Below, in pieces: positions 46,123 through 56,400 of a stretch of DNA of 64,000 nt. Origin of the DNA: an uncultured Pirellulaceae bacterium (GTDB taxonomy: Bacteria; Planctomycetota; Planctomycetia; Pirellulales; Pirellulaceae); NCBI GenBank assembly GCA_938040995.1, contig CALHZT010000202.1, forward strand, positions 7,133-71,132, given 5' to 3'. Positions within the stretch are counted from its first letter, which is position 1. Each line of letters starts with the position of its first letter. A program made the translations under genes and the position numbers. Under the pieces are notes generated by a model. The model saw only the letters and a program-made list of their open reading frames with translations, was not told the origin of the DNA and made no database searches.

Positions 46123-48513
46123 ATGCATAAGAAGATTGTGGCGGCCCTGTTTTTCCTACTAATCACAGTCCACTCCGGTGTTGCACAGACGACATCGACC
46201 AGGGAGAGCACGCAATGGTGGGGCTCCGGAGTTGAAACCGCGCTGGCCAAGGCGGGTGATCGACGCGGCGATTGGCAGACTGCCTTGAAGTCAGTTGACG
46301 ACCAATACAAAGTCGCGATGGAATTTCTTGTTTCCAACATGCCGGCTTCGGACCTGAAGAAACTCTCGCCGGAATTTCTGCTCGGAAATGTAAAGCTGGC
46401 CTATACCGCCCGCGAACAAGTCGCCTGGGGAAAGGACATTCCCGAATCCATTTTTCTGAATGACGTTTTGCCTTACTGCAATGTTGACGAGCCACGAGAT
46501 CCGTGGCGAAAAGAGTTTTACGAACGGTTCATTGAACTTGCCAAATCTTGCAAGACGCCTGCCGAAGCCGCACGGAAATTGAACGAAACGGCGTTCAAAG
46601 AGCTTAAGGTCAAATATTCCACCAAACGCAAACGGGCAAATCAGAGCCCGAAGGAGAGTATCGAGCAAGGACTCGCGTCCTGTACCGGGCTCTCCATCCT
46701 TTTGACGGATGCATGTCGCTCGGTTTGCGTGCCATCGCGGCTGGCTGGTATCGCCAAGTGGCCAAACAAGCAAGGCAATCATACGTGGGTTGAAGTATGG
46801 GACAAGGAGTGGTATTTCGCGGGCGCTGCCGAGCCCGGTGAGAACGGCTTGAACGACGCCTGGTTCGTTCGTGACGCTGCCACCGCCATCAAGGATTCCG
46901 AGGAGAGTGCCATCATGGCCGTCAGCTTTGCAAAAACGGACGCAAAGTGGCCGATGGTCTGGGCGGAAGGGTCCGAACAAGTGAGCGCCGTCAATGTGAC
47001 CGATCGCTACACGAAAAACACGAAAGACAGCGAAGCGAACGACGCGACTGAGGCAGCAGATACAATTGAATGCCTTGTCGTCGTTCGTGATGCGAAGGGA
47101 GTGCGAGTCGATGCGGTTGTCAATATCGTCGATGCGAAGGAAGCAACCAAATCGTGGACCGGCAATAGCCGCAATGAATCGGCAGATACCAATGATATTC
47201 TCCTTTTCGACTTGCCAAAATCACGCGCGTACAACGTTTCGGTCCGACGCGGCGTTCATTGCATCAGGCAGACTGTAACGGCGGAAGCGGCTTCCGTACG
47301 CCAGCGGCTCGATATCGTGATTCCGGACTCTGCTGCCAGCTTTGCTGATTCAGCGGTTGCCGCGTTCGGGAAGGAGTTCTTTTCCGCCGACACTAACGCG
47401 AGTGCAGCCGATGCTCCCGCTCTCACGGTTGATTGGAAATTGCCGGCGCTCGAATTGCACTGGAAGAAAATCCTGTGGGAACAGTACAGGCAGCATGGCA
47501 AGCACGAATCACTGCGTGAGGATTTTGAATCGAGCCGCGTTCGGTCCGCCGGCCACGAGAGTCCATGGACCATGAAAGATGTCGGCAAGCGTGGCCCAAA
47601 CGGATGGCCGCTGTTTATTGCGATGCATGGCGGAGGCGGAACAGCCAAGCGGGTGAACGATTCGCAGTGGCGGCACATGCAGATCTATTATCGAGATCAG
47701 GCTCAGCTGCCCGGTTACAAGTATCTTGCGCTCCGAGCCCCCAATGACACGTGGAATGGCTTTTATGATGACTATGTCTATCCGCTGGTTCACGAGTTGA
47801 TTCGTCAGCAGGTGCTCTTCAATGACGTTGATCCGAATCGCGTTTACATCATTGGTTATTCGCATGGCGGGTATGGAGCGTTCGCGATCGGACCAAAAAT
47901 TCCCGATCACTTTGCAGCGATTCACAGTTCTGCGGCGGCTCCGACGAGTGGCGAGACGACTGGTGAGACATTGGCCAATACGCGGTTCACGTACATGATC
48001 GGAGCCAAAGACACGGCTTATGGTCGAGCCGAAAGGTGTCAGGACTTTGCCAAGTCGATGAAGGAAATGCGTGGCGATCGTCACGATTTGTATCCGGTCA
48101 CGATGTTCTGGAAGCCCAACAAGGGGCACGGCGGATTGCCAGATCGCGACATGATCAAAGAGATGTACGGATTCCAGCGAAACCCGGTGCCTCGTGAACT
48201 TCACTGGAAAATGTCCGATACCGTCGTGAAAGACTTCTTCTGGCTGTCGTGCGATGCGCCCGTCAAGGAGAACGCTATCTCGGCGACTTGTAAGGACAAC
48301 TCCGTCGACATCAAACTCCCTGCCGGGACGGAATGTAGCGTCTGGCTCGACAGTCGCTTGGTCGATTTCTCACTGCCCGTGAAGGTAACCGTCAACGGTA
48401 AGCCACTGGATCTAAAGGCGGTACCATCCGTCGAGGCGATGGCGAAATCCATGCAGCGACGCGGTGATCTCTTTCGCACGTTCAGCTGTGAGATGAAGAT
48501 TCAAGCCCCGTAG
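46123..48513 (+). CDS. secreted two-domain protein: transglutaminase-like core plus a C-terminal alpha/beta esterase/peptidase domain
   Basis: ATG 46123 gives the signal MHKKIVAALFFLLITVHSGVAQ. GLASCTGLSILLTDACRSVCVPSRLAG...HTWVEVWD supplies the transglutaminase Cys and His. The C-terminal IAMHGGGG and YIIGYSHGGYGAF form a GxSxG elbow. Confidence 0.75.
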   Translation: MHKKIVAALFFLLITVHSGVAQTTSTRESTQWWGSGVETALAKAGDRRGDWQTALKSVDDQYKVAMEFLVSNMPASDLKKLSPEFLLGNVKLAYTAREQVAWGKDIPESIFLNDVLPYCNVDEPRDPWRKEFYERFIELAKSCKTPAEAARKLNETAFKELKVKYSTKRKRANQSPKESIEQGLASCTGLSILLTDACRSVCVPSRLAGIAKWPNKQGNHTWVEVWDKEWYFAGAAEPGENGLNDAWFVRDAATAIKDSEESAIMAVSFAKTDAKWPMVWAEGSEQVSAVNVTDRYTKNTKDSEANDATEAADTIECLVVVRDAKGVRVDAVVNIVDAKEATKSWTGNSRNESADTNDILLFDLPKSRAYNVSVRRGVHCIRQTVTAEAASVRQRLDIVIPDSAASFADSAVAAFGKEFFSADTNASAADAPALTVDWKLPALELHWKKILWEQYRQHGKHESLREDFESSRVRSAGHESPWTMKDVGKRGPNGWPLFIAMHGGGGTAKRVNDSQWRHMQIYYRDQAQLPGYKYLALRAPNDTWNGFYDDYVYPLVHELIRQQVLFNDVDPNRVYIIGYSHGGYGAFAIGPKIPDHFAAIHSSAAAPTSGETTGETLANTRFTYMIGAKDTAYGRAERCQDFAKSMKEMRGDRHDLYPVTMFWKPNKGHGGLPDRDMIKEMYGFQRNPVPRELHWKMSDTVVKDFFWLSCDAPVKENAISATCKDNSVDIKLPAGTECSVWLDSRLVDFSLPVKVTVNGKPLDLKAVPSVEAMAKSMQRRGDLFRTFSCEMKIQAP

Positions 48514-48550
48514 CTGGATATTGCAGCGGCGCTGGTGAACTGGTGGCAGT

Positions 48551-50419
48551 CTATGGTTTTGATTCGGTCGATGGCTTTTTATTCGTAGCCTGGGTACCGG
48601 GGGCAACGAAACGGCGAAATAAGTGAAAGCACGTCTTGGCTGCTTTCGTTTTTAGCGGACTGAAGACTTTACGATAGCGACCGAAGTGAGTCAGCGCCCC
48701 ACCAAATTTCGCCTTGAATTCGCGCGGCCCATATTCTTTATCGGGCCAACCGGCACCACCGAAGTCATACCATCGCATACCGTTTTCACTGCACCATCGG
48801 ATCTCGTCCCATGTCAGGCAATCAAACGGAACAATTCCTTTCTGCCGTAACGACCCGCCGTACCACGCAAGAAACCTGTTCTTGAACACCAGGGCGATAC
48901 CAGCCGCCACATCTTTTCCTTCGTGGCTGGCGATTCGGACTTGCACAATTTCATCACCGAAATGGTCCAGCGCCGCGTGAAAAAGCTTGATGTCGGCCAA
49001 CGGCACCCGCGAGCGGCCGTAGCTTGCCTCGAGGAACGGGTACATTCGCTCGATGCCATTGTGGGTGGTATCGAGAGCTACCGCGACGCCGCGTTTGAAC
49101 GATTGGCGAATTTTCTTGCGTGCCGATTTCCCCATGCGACTCATCAAGGTGTCCACGTCAGCCGTCGTATCAATCACGTAATTGAGATAGTCTTTGAACT
49201 CGTAGCCATTTGCTTCGAGTACCCGGCGCTCACCAGAGTCCGATAGCATCGGACGGATCTCGGCAAACAGCGTTCGACGAGCCAGATTTTGATCGTGCTG
49301 CTGCACGATGGATTCAAGCCCTCTCACCCCCAGATCGGTGTCGTCGAATATCGGTTCGGCATGCCAGACGCTCCGTGACGTCAAACTACTGGCAAGTCCA
49401 GATATCGTCTCGATGCGTGTTGTGACCATCATGGCAACAATTCGGTCGTCTTCCGAAACGGCAACAAGGCCCGAGGGCTCATGTTTGGCCACGTCGGCCA
49501 TCGATTGAATGAACTCCTGCGTGTGACAAACACTGCCCTTCGGATGGTCCATGACGTAGCGATTCCACTCGTCTGCCGGAACTTGCTCATGAGTCAGAAC
49601 TCTGGTTACCGTTTCTCCTGAAGTTCCTGCGACTTTTTTGCCACGTAAGGCGCCGACCGTCAGGCTGCGCGAGTTTCGGTCGGCAACCCGTCGTTTGAAT
49701 TCGCGGCGCTCTATCGAGTTGGGATACGTGTAGTAGCTGCCAAGTCCGCCGTTGTCGATCGAAACCGGTTGCGTGCTTCCCTGAAGTACGTCGATTAGCA
49801 TGTCGGCTGACATTGTGTACAGTTCTTCGGCGAGTTCATCGACGGACTTTGAATAGTCAAGCGGAACTGCGCGCTGCGCGAGAATGTTTCCGAAGTCGAT
49901 TCGAGTCGTCATTTCGTGAATGGTCATACCTGTTTCCGACTCACCGTGATACATCGCCCAGAAAATGGGAGTAGGGCCACGATACGCGGGTAGCAGGGAG
50001 GAATGCATGTTGATGAACTGCACGCCGGGTGTAGAGAGCAACGGTTGCTTGAGAATATTCTTGCAGTTGCAGACCACAAGAGTATCCAGTTCCGAAATCA
50101 TCGACCGGTGAATCGGATCGTTGATGCTGGTGATCACCGAATGCGGCAGATTGGTGGCTCGCGCATGCGCATAAGCCGTTTTGGATGATTCGGCGCCGCC
50201 CAACATCTCGCCGACTCGGTCCAGTAGCAGCCCTGCGACTTTGGCATTCATTTCGCGGATGCCGAACTTGGCAATGGTCTGCAGTGGGTTGCTTCGGCTT
50301 TCCGCAATCGTGTCATAGAAATAGGCGTGGACCAGTTCGATCCCGTCTTCATTGCAAAGACGTTTAAAGACCGGGTAGCTCGTAGTGGCGGTTATGTTGG
50401 TAAGTAAAGCAACTTTCAT
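48551..50419 (-). CDS. fusion protein: N-terminal formyltransferase (Fmt/ArnA-N type) plus C-terminal FemAB/GNAT-fold acyltransferase
   Basis: The N-terminal part has VVCNCKNILKQPLL...FINMHSSLLPAYRGPTPIFWAMYHGESETGMTIHEMTTRIDFGNIL (formyl_trans_N, His/Asp). The C-terminal part has GKSARKKIRQSFKRG, ALVFKNRFLAWYGGS and WCSENGMRWYDFGGAG...REFKAKFGG, a FemAB/Acetyltransf_6 pattern. Its ATG overlaps the NRPS-PKS stop codon as ATGA (50416-50419). Confidence 0.8.
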   Translation of the reverse strand: MKVALLTNITATTSYPVFKRLCNEDGIELVHAYFYDTIAESRSNPLQTIAKFGIREMNAKVAGLLLDRVGEMLGGAESSKTAYAHARATNLPHSVITSINDPIHRSMISELDTLVVCNCKNILKQPLLSTPGVQFINMHSSLLPAYRGPTPIFWAMYHGESETGMTIHEMTTRIDFGNILAQRAVPLDYSKSVDELAEELYTMSADMLIDVLQGSTQPVSIDNGGLGSYYTYPNSIERREFKRRVADRNSRSLTVGALRGKKVAGTSGETVTRVLTHEQVPADEWNRYVMDHPKGSVCHTQEFIQSMADVAKHEPSGLVAVSEDDRIVAMMVTTRIETISGLASSLTSRSVWHAEPIFDDTDLGVRGLESIVQQHDQNLARRTLFAEIRPMLSDSGERRVLEANGYEFKDYLNYVIDTTADVDTLMSRMGKSARKKIRQSFKRGVAVALDTTHNGIERMYPFLEASYGRSRVPLADIKLFHAALDHFGDEIVQVRIASHEGKDVAAGIALVFKNRFLAWYGGSLRQKGIVPFDCLTWDEIRWCSENGMRWYDFGGAGWPDKEYGPREFKAKFGGALTHFGRYRKVFSPLKTKAAKTCFHLFRRFVAPGTQATNKKPSTESKP

Positions 50420-53400
50420 TGTAACTTTGCAAGCGCCTTGTCGAGACAGGTGGTGAACTTGATGGTAAGCGCGTCCACAAAGGGAGGTACCATCATCCCG
50501 GCTGGATAAACGGGCAGGCGATGCAGCTCGGTTTCACAGGTCGTCGGGAATTCCTGATCCTGATAACGCAGGTAGTCGCGTTGGGGACGGAAAAGAATGA
50601 TCTTACCGTCGTAGGTGGTGGCTTGATAGTGCTCCGCAATCTCATCGTGCCGTCGCCAGATTTCTGCGGCGGTCTGCTCCGCGTCACCAGAAGGACTAGC
50701 TACGCTCCAACGACTGATCCAGGTCTTGCGGCGGCGTTTGAGGACCTCCCATTTTTCCCTCAGGAAAGAAAGTTTGTCGACGTATTTCAATTTAAGAAAA
50801 TTGCGAAAGTGGTAGTCGACTCGCTGCAGGTTGTAGAGGAGCTTGACCCAAAATGATTTGCTGGCAGCCTGGGAGGTGGACCAATTGTACGTTTCGATAC
50901 AAATCAGGACCGTTTCTTCACCCGCCGCTTTCAGTTGTTGTGCGACTTCAAGCGCGATCGTCCCGCCCATGCAATATCCCGTCAACAGGTAGGGGCCTTG
51001 GGGCTGCACGGCGAGGATATCGTTGACGTAACGTTTCGCGAGCCCTTCGATACTTTCTACCGGTTCGCCAAAGAGCGCCGGGGATTGCAGACCATAGACC
51101 GAATAAGCATCTTCGATGCGCGCGGCGAGTTCCCGAAAGATCAAAGCGTAGCCGTCAGCAGCGTGCATACAGAATACGCGAGGCTTGTTGGTACTGACGG
51201 CAATCTCAACGAGCGTCGAGCGATGAGCTGGAGTCGCTGGAGTCGCTGCCGCCACCGGCTCTGTGGCCTGGTCCAGGCCAAGGTGTTCAGCAAGTCGTGC
51301 AGGTGTGGAGAATTCGACCATCGCTGCGAAGGGTAGCCTCTGGCCAAACTGCTTCTCCAGCTCGGCGAGAAAACGGACGGCGCTGAGTGAGTCACCACCC
51401 AGCTCAAAATAATTGTCATCCGCTGCGACTTTTGGGATTGAGAGCAGGCGCTCCCACATCCGCGCGATCTGCCGCTCACCCGATAATGCATCGTTGGAAC
51501 CAGCGGCGGAATCTGACACCGCCTGGCTATCCGACTCTCTGGCTTGCCGCGCGGCTTCGAGAAATGGAGATTTGGCATGAATGTCGAGTTCGACGCGGCG
51601 AGCCAGATCGCGCGTCGAAATCAGGACGGTGGAGGCGTCACACGCCAGCACACGCTGGAACATCGCGGCTCCCTGATCCGGCGTGAATGAATCGAAGGGA
51701 TCGAACAGTCGTTGGCCGGTTCCAAACGATTCGGCAAAATCGCGTGCAACTTCGGCTGCCATCCCAATCGACTGCCATTCGTCCGAGGCGATTGCGACGG
51801 CGTGGATGCCTCGCTCGCGTTGTCGAGCCGCGAAGGCTTCGAGGAAACTGTTGGCAGCCACGTAACTTAACTGGCCGTAGCGATTGTGATACAGCACGTT
51901 CGAAATGGAAGAGTACAGCACCCAGAATTCGACGGGATGATCGGCAAGTGCGGCTTCGAGCGCGTAGCTGCCTTTGATTTTCGATTGCAGCATCCGTTCG
52001 GTTGCGTCCTTGTCACGCAACTGGATCGCTCCTGCCGTATCGGCAACGCCTGCGGCGTGAACAACGCCGTGTATCGGACCGAATTGTTGCGTGCCGGTTG
52101 CGATCGCATCACGCAGTTGCTGTTCGTCGGAAACGTCGGCGGGCAGTAGAACGACGCTTCCCGGAAGTGATTCCAGCTGCTGCAATCGTTGAATTTTCTG
52201 CGACGTGCCATCGTCTGCGTCGTGCTGGTCGAGCCAGTCTTTCCATTCGTCGCGGGGCGGTAGTGGACTGCGGCCAAGCAAGATCACATTGGCGTTTACA
52301 GTTTCGAGCAGTTTGCGGGCAAGCGAAAAACCGATGCCTCCCAGACCGCCAGTGACGAGGTAAGTGCCGCCTTGCTTTAAACGCGCTGTGTTTTCGTACG
52401 ATGCGTCGAGCGGCAGTCGCCGGACAGAAGGGGCACAGCGTTGGCCATCGCGATAGGCGATCCAGACATCATCAATAGCAAGCTGCAATTCATCGCTGGC
52501 TTGTTCCCAGGCGGTCGTTGCGATGTCGACCAGTCGGCATTCAATTTGAGGGTACTCGAGCGGGATGACTTTGGCGGCGCCCAGCAAGGATGCACGGTTC
52601 GCGTGAATTGCGGCGCTGTTCGTAGTACCGTCTTTAGGCGGAATGGTGGTCGAATTGGTAGCGGCAGTGGCAGCTGGATTCCGGCTAAAGCCGGTGCTGC
52701 AAACTGAGTCAGCATGCCCGTGGGTGAATATCGAGAGCGCGATTGGGGTGTCGATGTGGAAACGCCCCAGCGATTGAGCCAGGAATTGTAGCGAGTAAAT
52801 TCCCAGCGACTGTTGCCGTTGTAATTCGCCTTGCCAACCCGCATTCGACGTGTCGATTGACTGATCGTCGTTCCATTGCCAGAGATGAACGATTCTGGTC
52901 GGGAACCTGCCTGCGTCGGCCATGGTTTGTAATAGTTGATCGAAATGTTTGGGGGCATTCGGATCAATCGTGAACTCAGCTTCACTCACCTGATGGAATG
53001 ATTCGGCAGCACGGACCAGCGTAACTTGGCTGCCGCTCATATCGCTCCGCAGTTTCTTGACCAGCGACTGTGAGGCGGCATCTTCACCAGCGAAGACCAG
53101 CCAGACAACGTCTGTCGCTTGAGTCGATTCGGGTGGATTTCCAGACAGAGGTTCCCAGTCAGGAACGTAGAACCAGTCGTCAAACGGTTCGCGCCGCTGT
53201 GGTAACGCGCTGGCGATTTCAGCATTCATCAGCGCTGGTGTGGCTACGTCAACTGTTGTCGTTGTTGCAGTGGCAACCGCAGGGGAGCGAGTGCCTGGTG
53301 GTGCGTCCTCAACCCAGAATCGCTTTCTCTGAAATGGATAAGTCGGTAGCGGAACGCAGCGTGGGCGGGCGTCCGGGTTCTGCGGCCAATCGACGGCAGC

Positions 53401-56400
53401 GCCATTGGCCCAGGCTTCGGCAAGAGATTTCCACCAAACGTCTACGTCATTCGACTCCTGTTTGGGGTGCCGTGTGGACCGAATCGTATGCCCAGCCAGA
53501 TCGGGTTGCAGGCGGACGAGACTGGAGAGGGTTTGACCAGGGCCGACTTCAATGAACACGTTGGTTTTTCGATCGACGAGCGCTGCTGCTGCTGACGAAA
53601 AGTTCACGGTTTGGCGGATGTTTCGCGCCCAATATTCGGGCTGTGTCATCTCACCATTGGAAACCCATGTTCCTGTCACGGTCGAAACAATGGGTAGTTG
53701 CGGCTCGCGTCGATCTCGCCTGGCAACCTCTGCCTGGAAGGTCGCCATGGCTGGCTCCATCATCGCAGAGTGGAAAGCGTGTGACGTCCTGAGCGCGCGA
53801 AACGCGACTTCTTCCGAATCGAGTTGTTCCGCGAACGCGTCCACCGCAGCGGTCGGACCGGAGACCACGCAGTGCTGCGGGCTGTTGACGACCGCCATCG
53901 ACAGCCCAGACGGCAGCCGCTCTCTCACGCTGGATTCTGGCAAAGTCACGGCGAGCATTTTGCCTCGGGGAAGATCCTGTAGCAGCCGTCCTCGGAGCAC
54001 GGCCAGCTCGATCGCTGTCTTCGGCGTAAAGACTCCCGCAATACAGGCCGCTGCCAGTTCACCGATGCTGTGTCCGACCACATAATCTGGCTGCACTCCC
54101 TGTCGCATCCACAGTCGAGCCAACGCCAATTCAATCACGACGATCGCCGGTTGCGTCAACCACGTCTCCGACAATTGCGTTGCTGCGGTCGAATCCTGTT
54201 CGAATATCGCCTGTCGTAAATCTACCGAGAGCGTTGGCTGAGCGTACTGGCAGAACTCGTCGACGTCAGCGCGAAATGACTTGTCGGCGTCGTAGAGATC
54301 CCGCGTCATACCAACGTACTGGGCGCCCTGACCGGGGAACAGAAACGCTACGCTCGTTTTGCGCGCGGCTGTAACGTTGATCGACTGGACGATGTTATCG
54401 GAGTGCGAGCCGGGGTCAGCGAGTGCGGCCTGCAACTCTTCACGCGTCCTGCCCATGACGACTCGACGAGCCTGAAAGGCGCGGCGACCGTGCTTCAACG
54501 TGCGCTCGATGGAGGCTAAAGACGTCTCCGGTTGCTGATGCAGGTACTCGCCAAGATGTCTGGTTGCGATATCAAGGGCCGACTCATTGCGAGCTGATAG
54601 CAAAAGCAGATGAGGCGCACCGGTTTCCGATGCAGCAGGCGTTGAACAATTTGAATGGGAATCGTCATCCTGGGTAGATGGTGGCTCGGGCGAAGTCGCC
54701 GAGGGCGGTTCTTCGAGGATCGCATGGGCGTTCGTACCGCCGATGCCGAACGCGCTGACTCCAGCGATTCGCCGCTGTCCAGGTTGTCGTTGCGGCCACT
54801 CGGTCAACTCCGTCGCAACGCGAAACGGGCTGTCAGCAAAATTGGCGTTGCGATTCGGAGTGCGAAAGTGCAGCGATGGCGGAATCGTTCCATCGCGGAC
54901 AGCACAGGCGGCTTTGATGAGTCCAACGATACCAGCGGCTACGTCCTGATGCCCAACGTTTGTTTTCACCGAACCGATCCAGCAGTAATTGCTGTCGTCG
55001 GTTGACGCTCGGAACGCTTTGGTCAGTGCGTCGACCTCGACGGGATCCCCGACGAATGTGCCCGTGCCGTGCGCTTCGATATAACCGACCTGATCAGCCG
55101 TAATACCACTTTGCTCGTGGGCCATCTGCACGACTTGACACTGGCCGTCGGTCGAGGGCGCCGAATAGCCCATCTTGGACCCGCCATCGTTGTTGATCGC
55201 CACCGTCTTGATTACGGCATGAATCGTGTCCCCGTCGGCTTTGGCATCGGACAATCGCTTGAGCACGACGGCTCCCACGCCTTCACCAAACACGGTTCCC
55301 TGGGCGTCATCATCGAACGTCCGCACGCGTCCATCGGGCGAGAGCACCATGCCCTCCTGTGAGAGATAGCCGTTGCGATACTCGAGATTCACACTCACGC
55401 CGCCTGCCAAAGCGAGCGAGCATTGCCCCAGCTGTAGCGACTGGCAAGCCAACTGGACGGCGACCAGTGAAGTCGAACAGCCCGTCTGTACGGTCATGCT
55501 CGGACCGGTCAGGTTCAGTCGAAAGGACACTCGAGTTGAGAGAAAGTCTTTTTCGTTGCTGATCAGTGTTTGAAAAGCCGTCGCCGGGTCGGGTGGACCC
55601 AACGCTCGGTCAATCAGTGCCCGATAGTCATTCGGGCGGGCGCCAGCGAACACGCCAATCTCTCCGTGGTCGCTGTCAGGGTCGTAACCAGCATGTTCCA
55701 GTGCCGACCACGCACACTCCAGAAAGATTCGGTGCTGCGGATCGGTAATCTTGGCCTCGTGTGGACTGATACCGAAGAATTCGGCATCGAATTTATCCAC
55801 GTCGGTGAGCGACGAGGTGACGGGCACGTAATTTGGATCGTTCACCTGTGCGGCAGGCACGCCCGCAGCGAGAAGTTCTTCGGGAGTCAGCCGACGAATC
55901 GACTCGACACCGTTCTTGAGGTTTTCCCAGAACTCATCGACGGACTCCGCGCCCGGCACGCGCGCCGCCATGCCCACAATCGCGATCGGTTCCAACTGGA
56001 CTCGCGAGTTTGTTTTTGCTGCCTTCGATCCGGAACCCTTCGTTTTCTGGTCCTCGCTATCAAGATAAGTCGCCAACTCGGCAATCGTCGGGTGCTGGAA
56101 TAGATCCACAATCGCGAACTTGCTCGATGGCAGCACCTTGTTCAATCGCAATTCCATTTCGGCGAGCATTAGCGATTGCCCACCGAGTTCGAAAAACGAG
56201 TGATCGACACTGACTCGATCCAGCTTCAGCAACTGACACCAGACCGTGGCAATCGTCTGTTCGGTATCGGTCGTTGGTGCCTCATACGGTCGATCTGATG
56301 CGGGCGGCGCGGGTTCGGGTAGCGCCTTGGCATCCAGCTTGCCATTCGGCGTGAGTGGGATCTCGTCGATAGGTACAAAAAACTGCGGGACCATATATTC

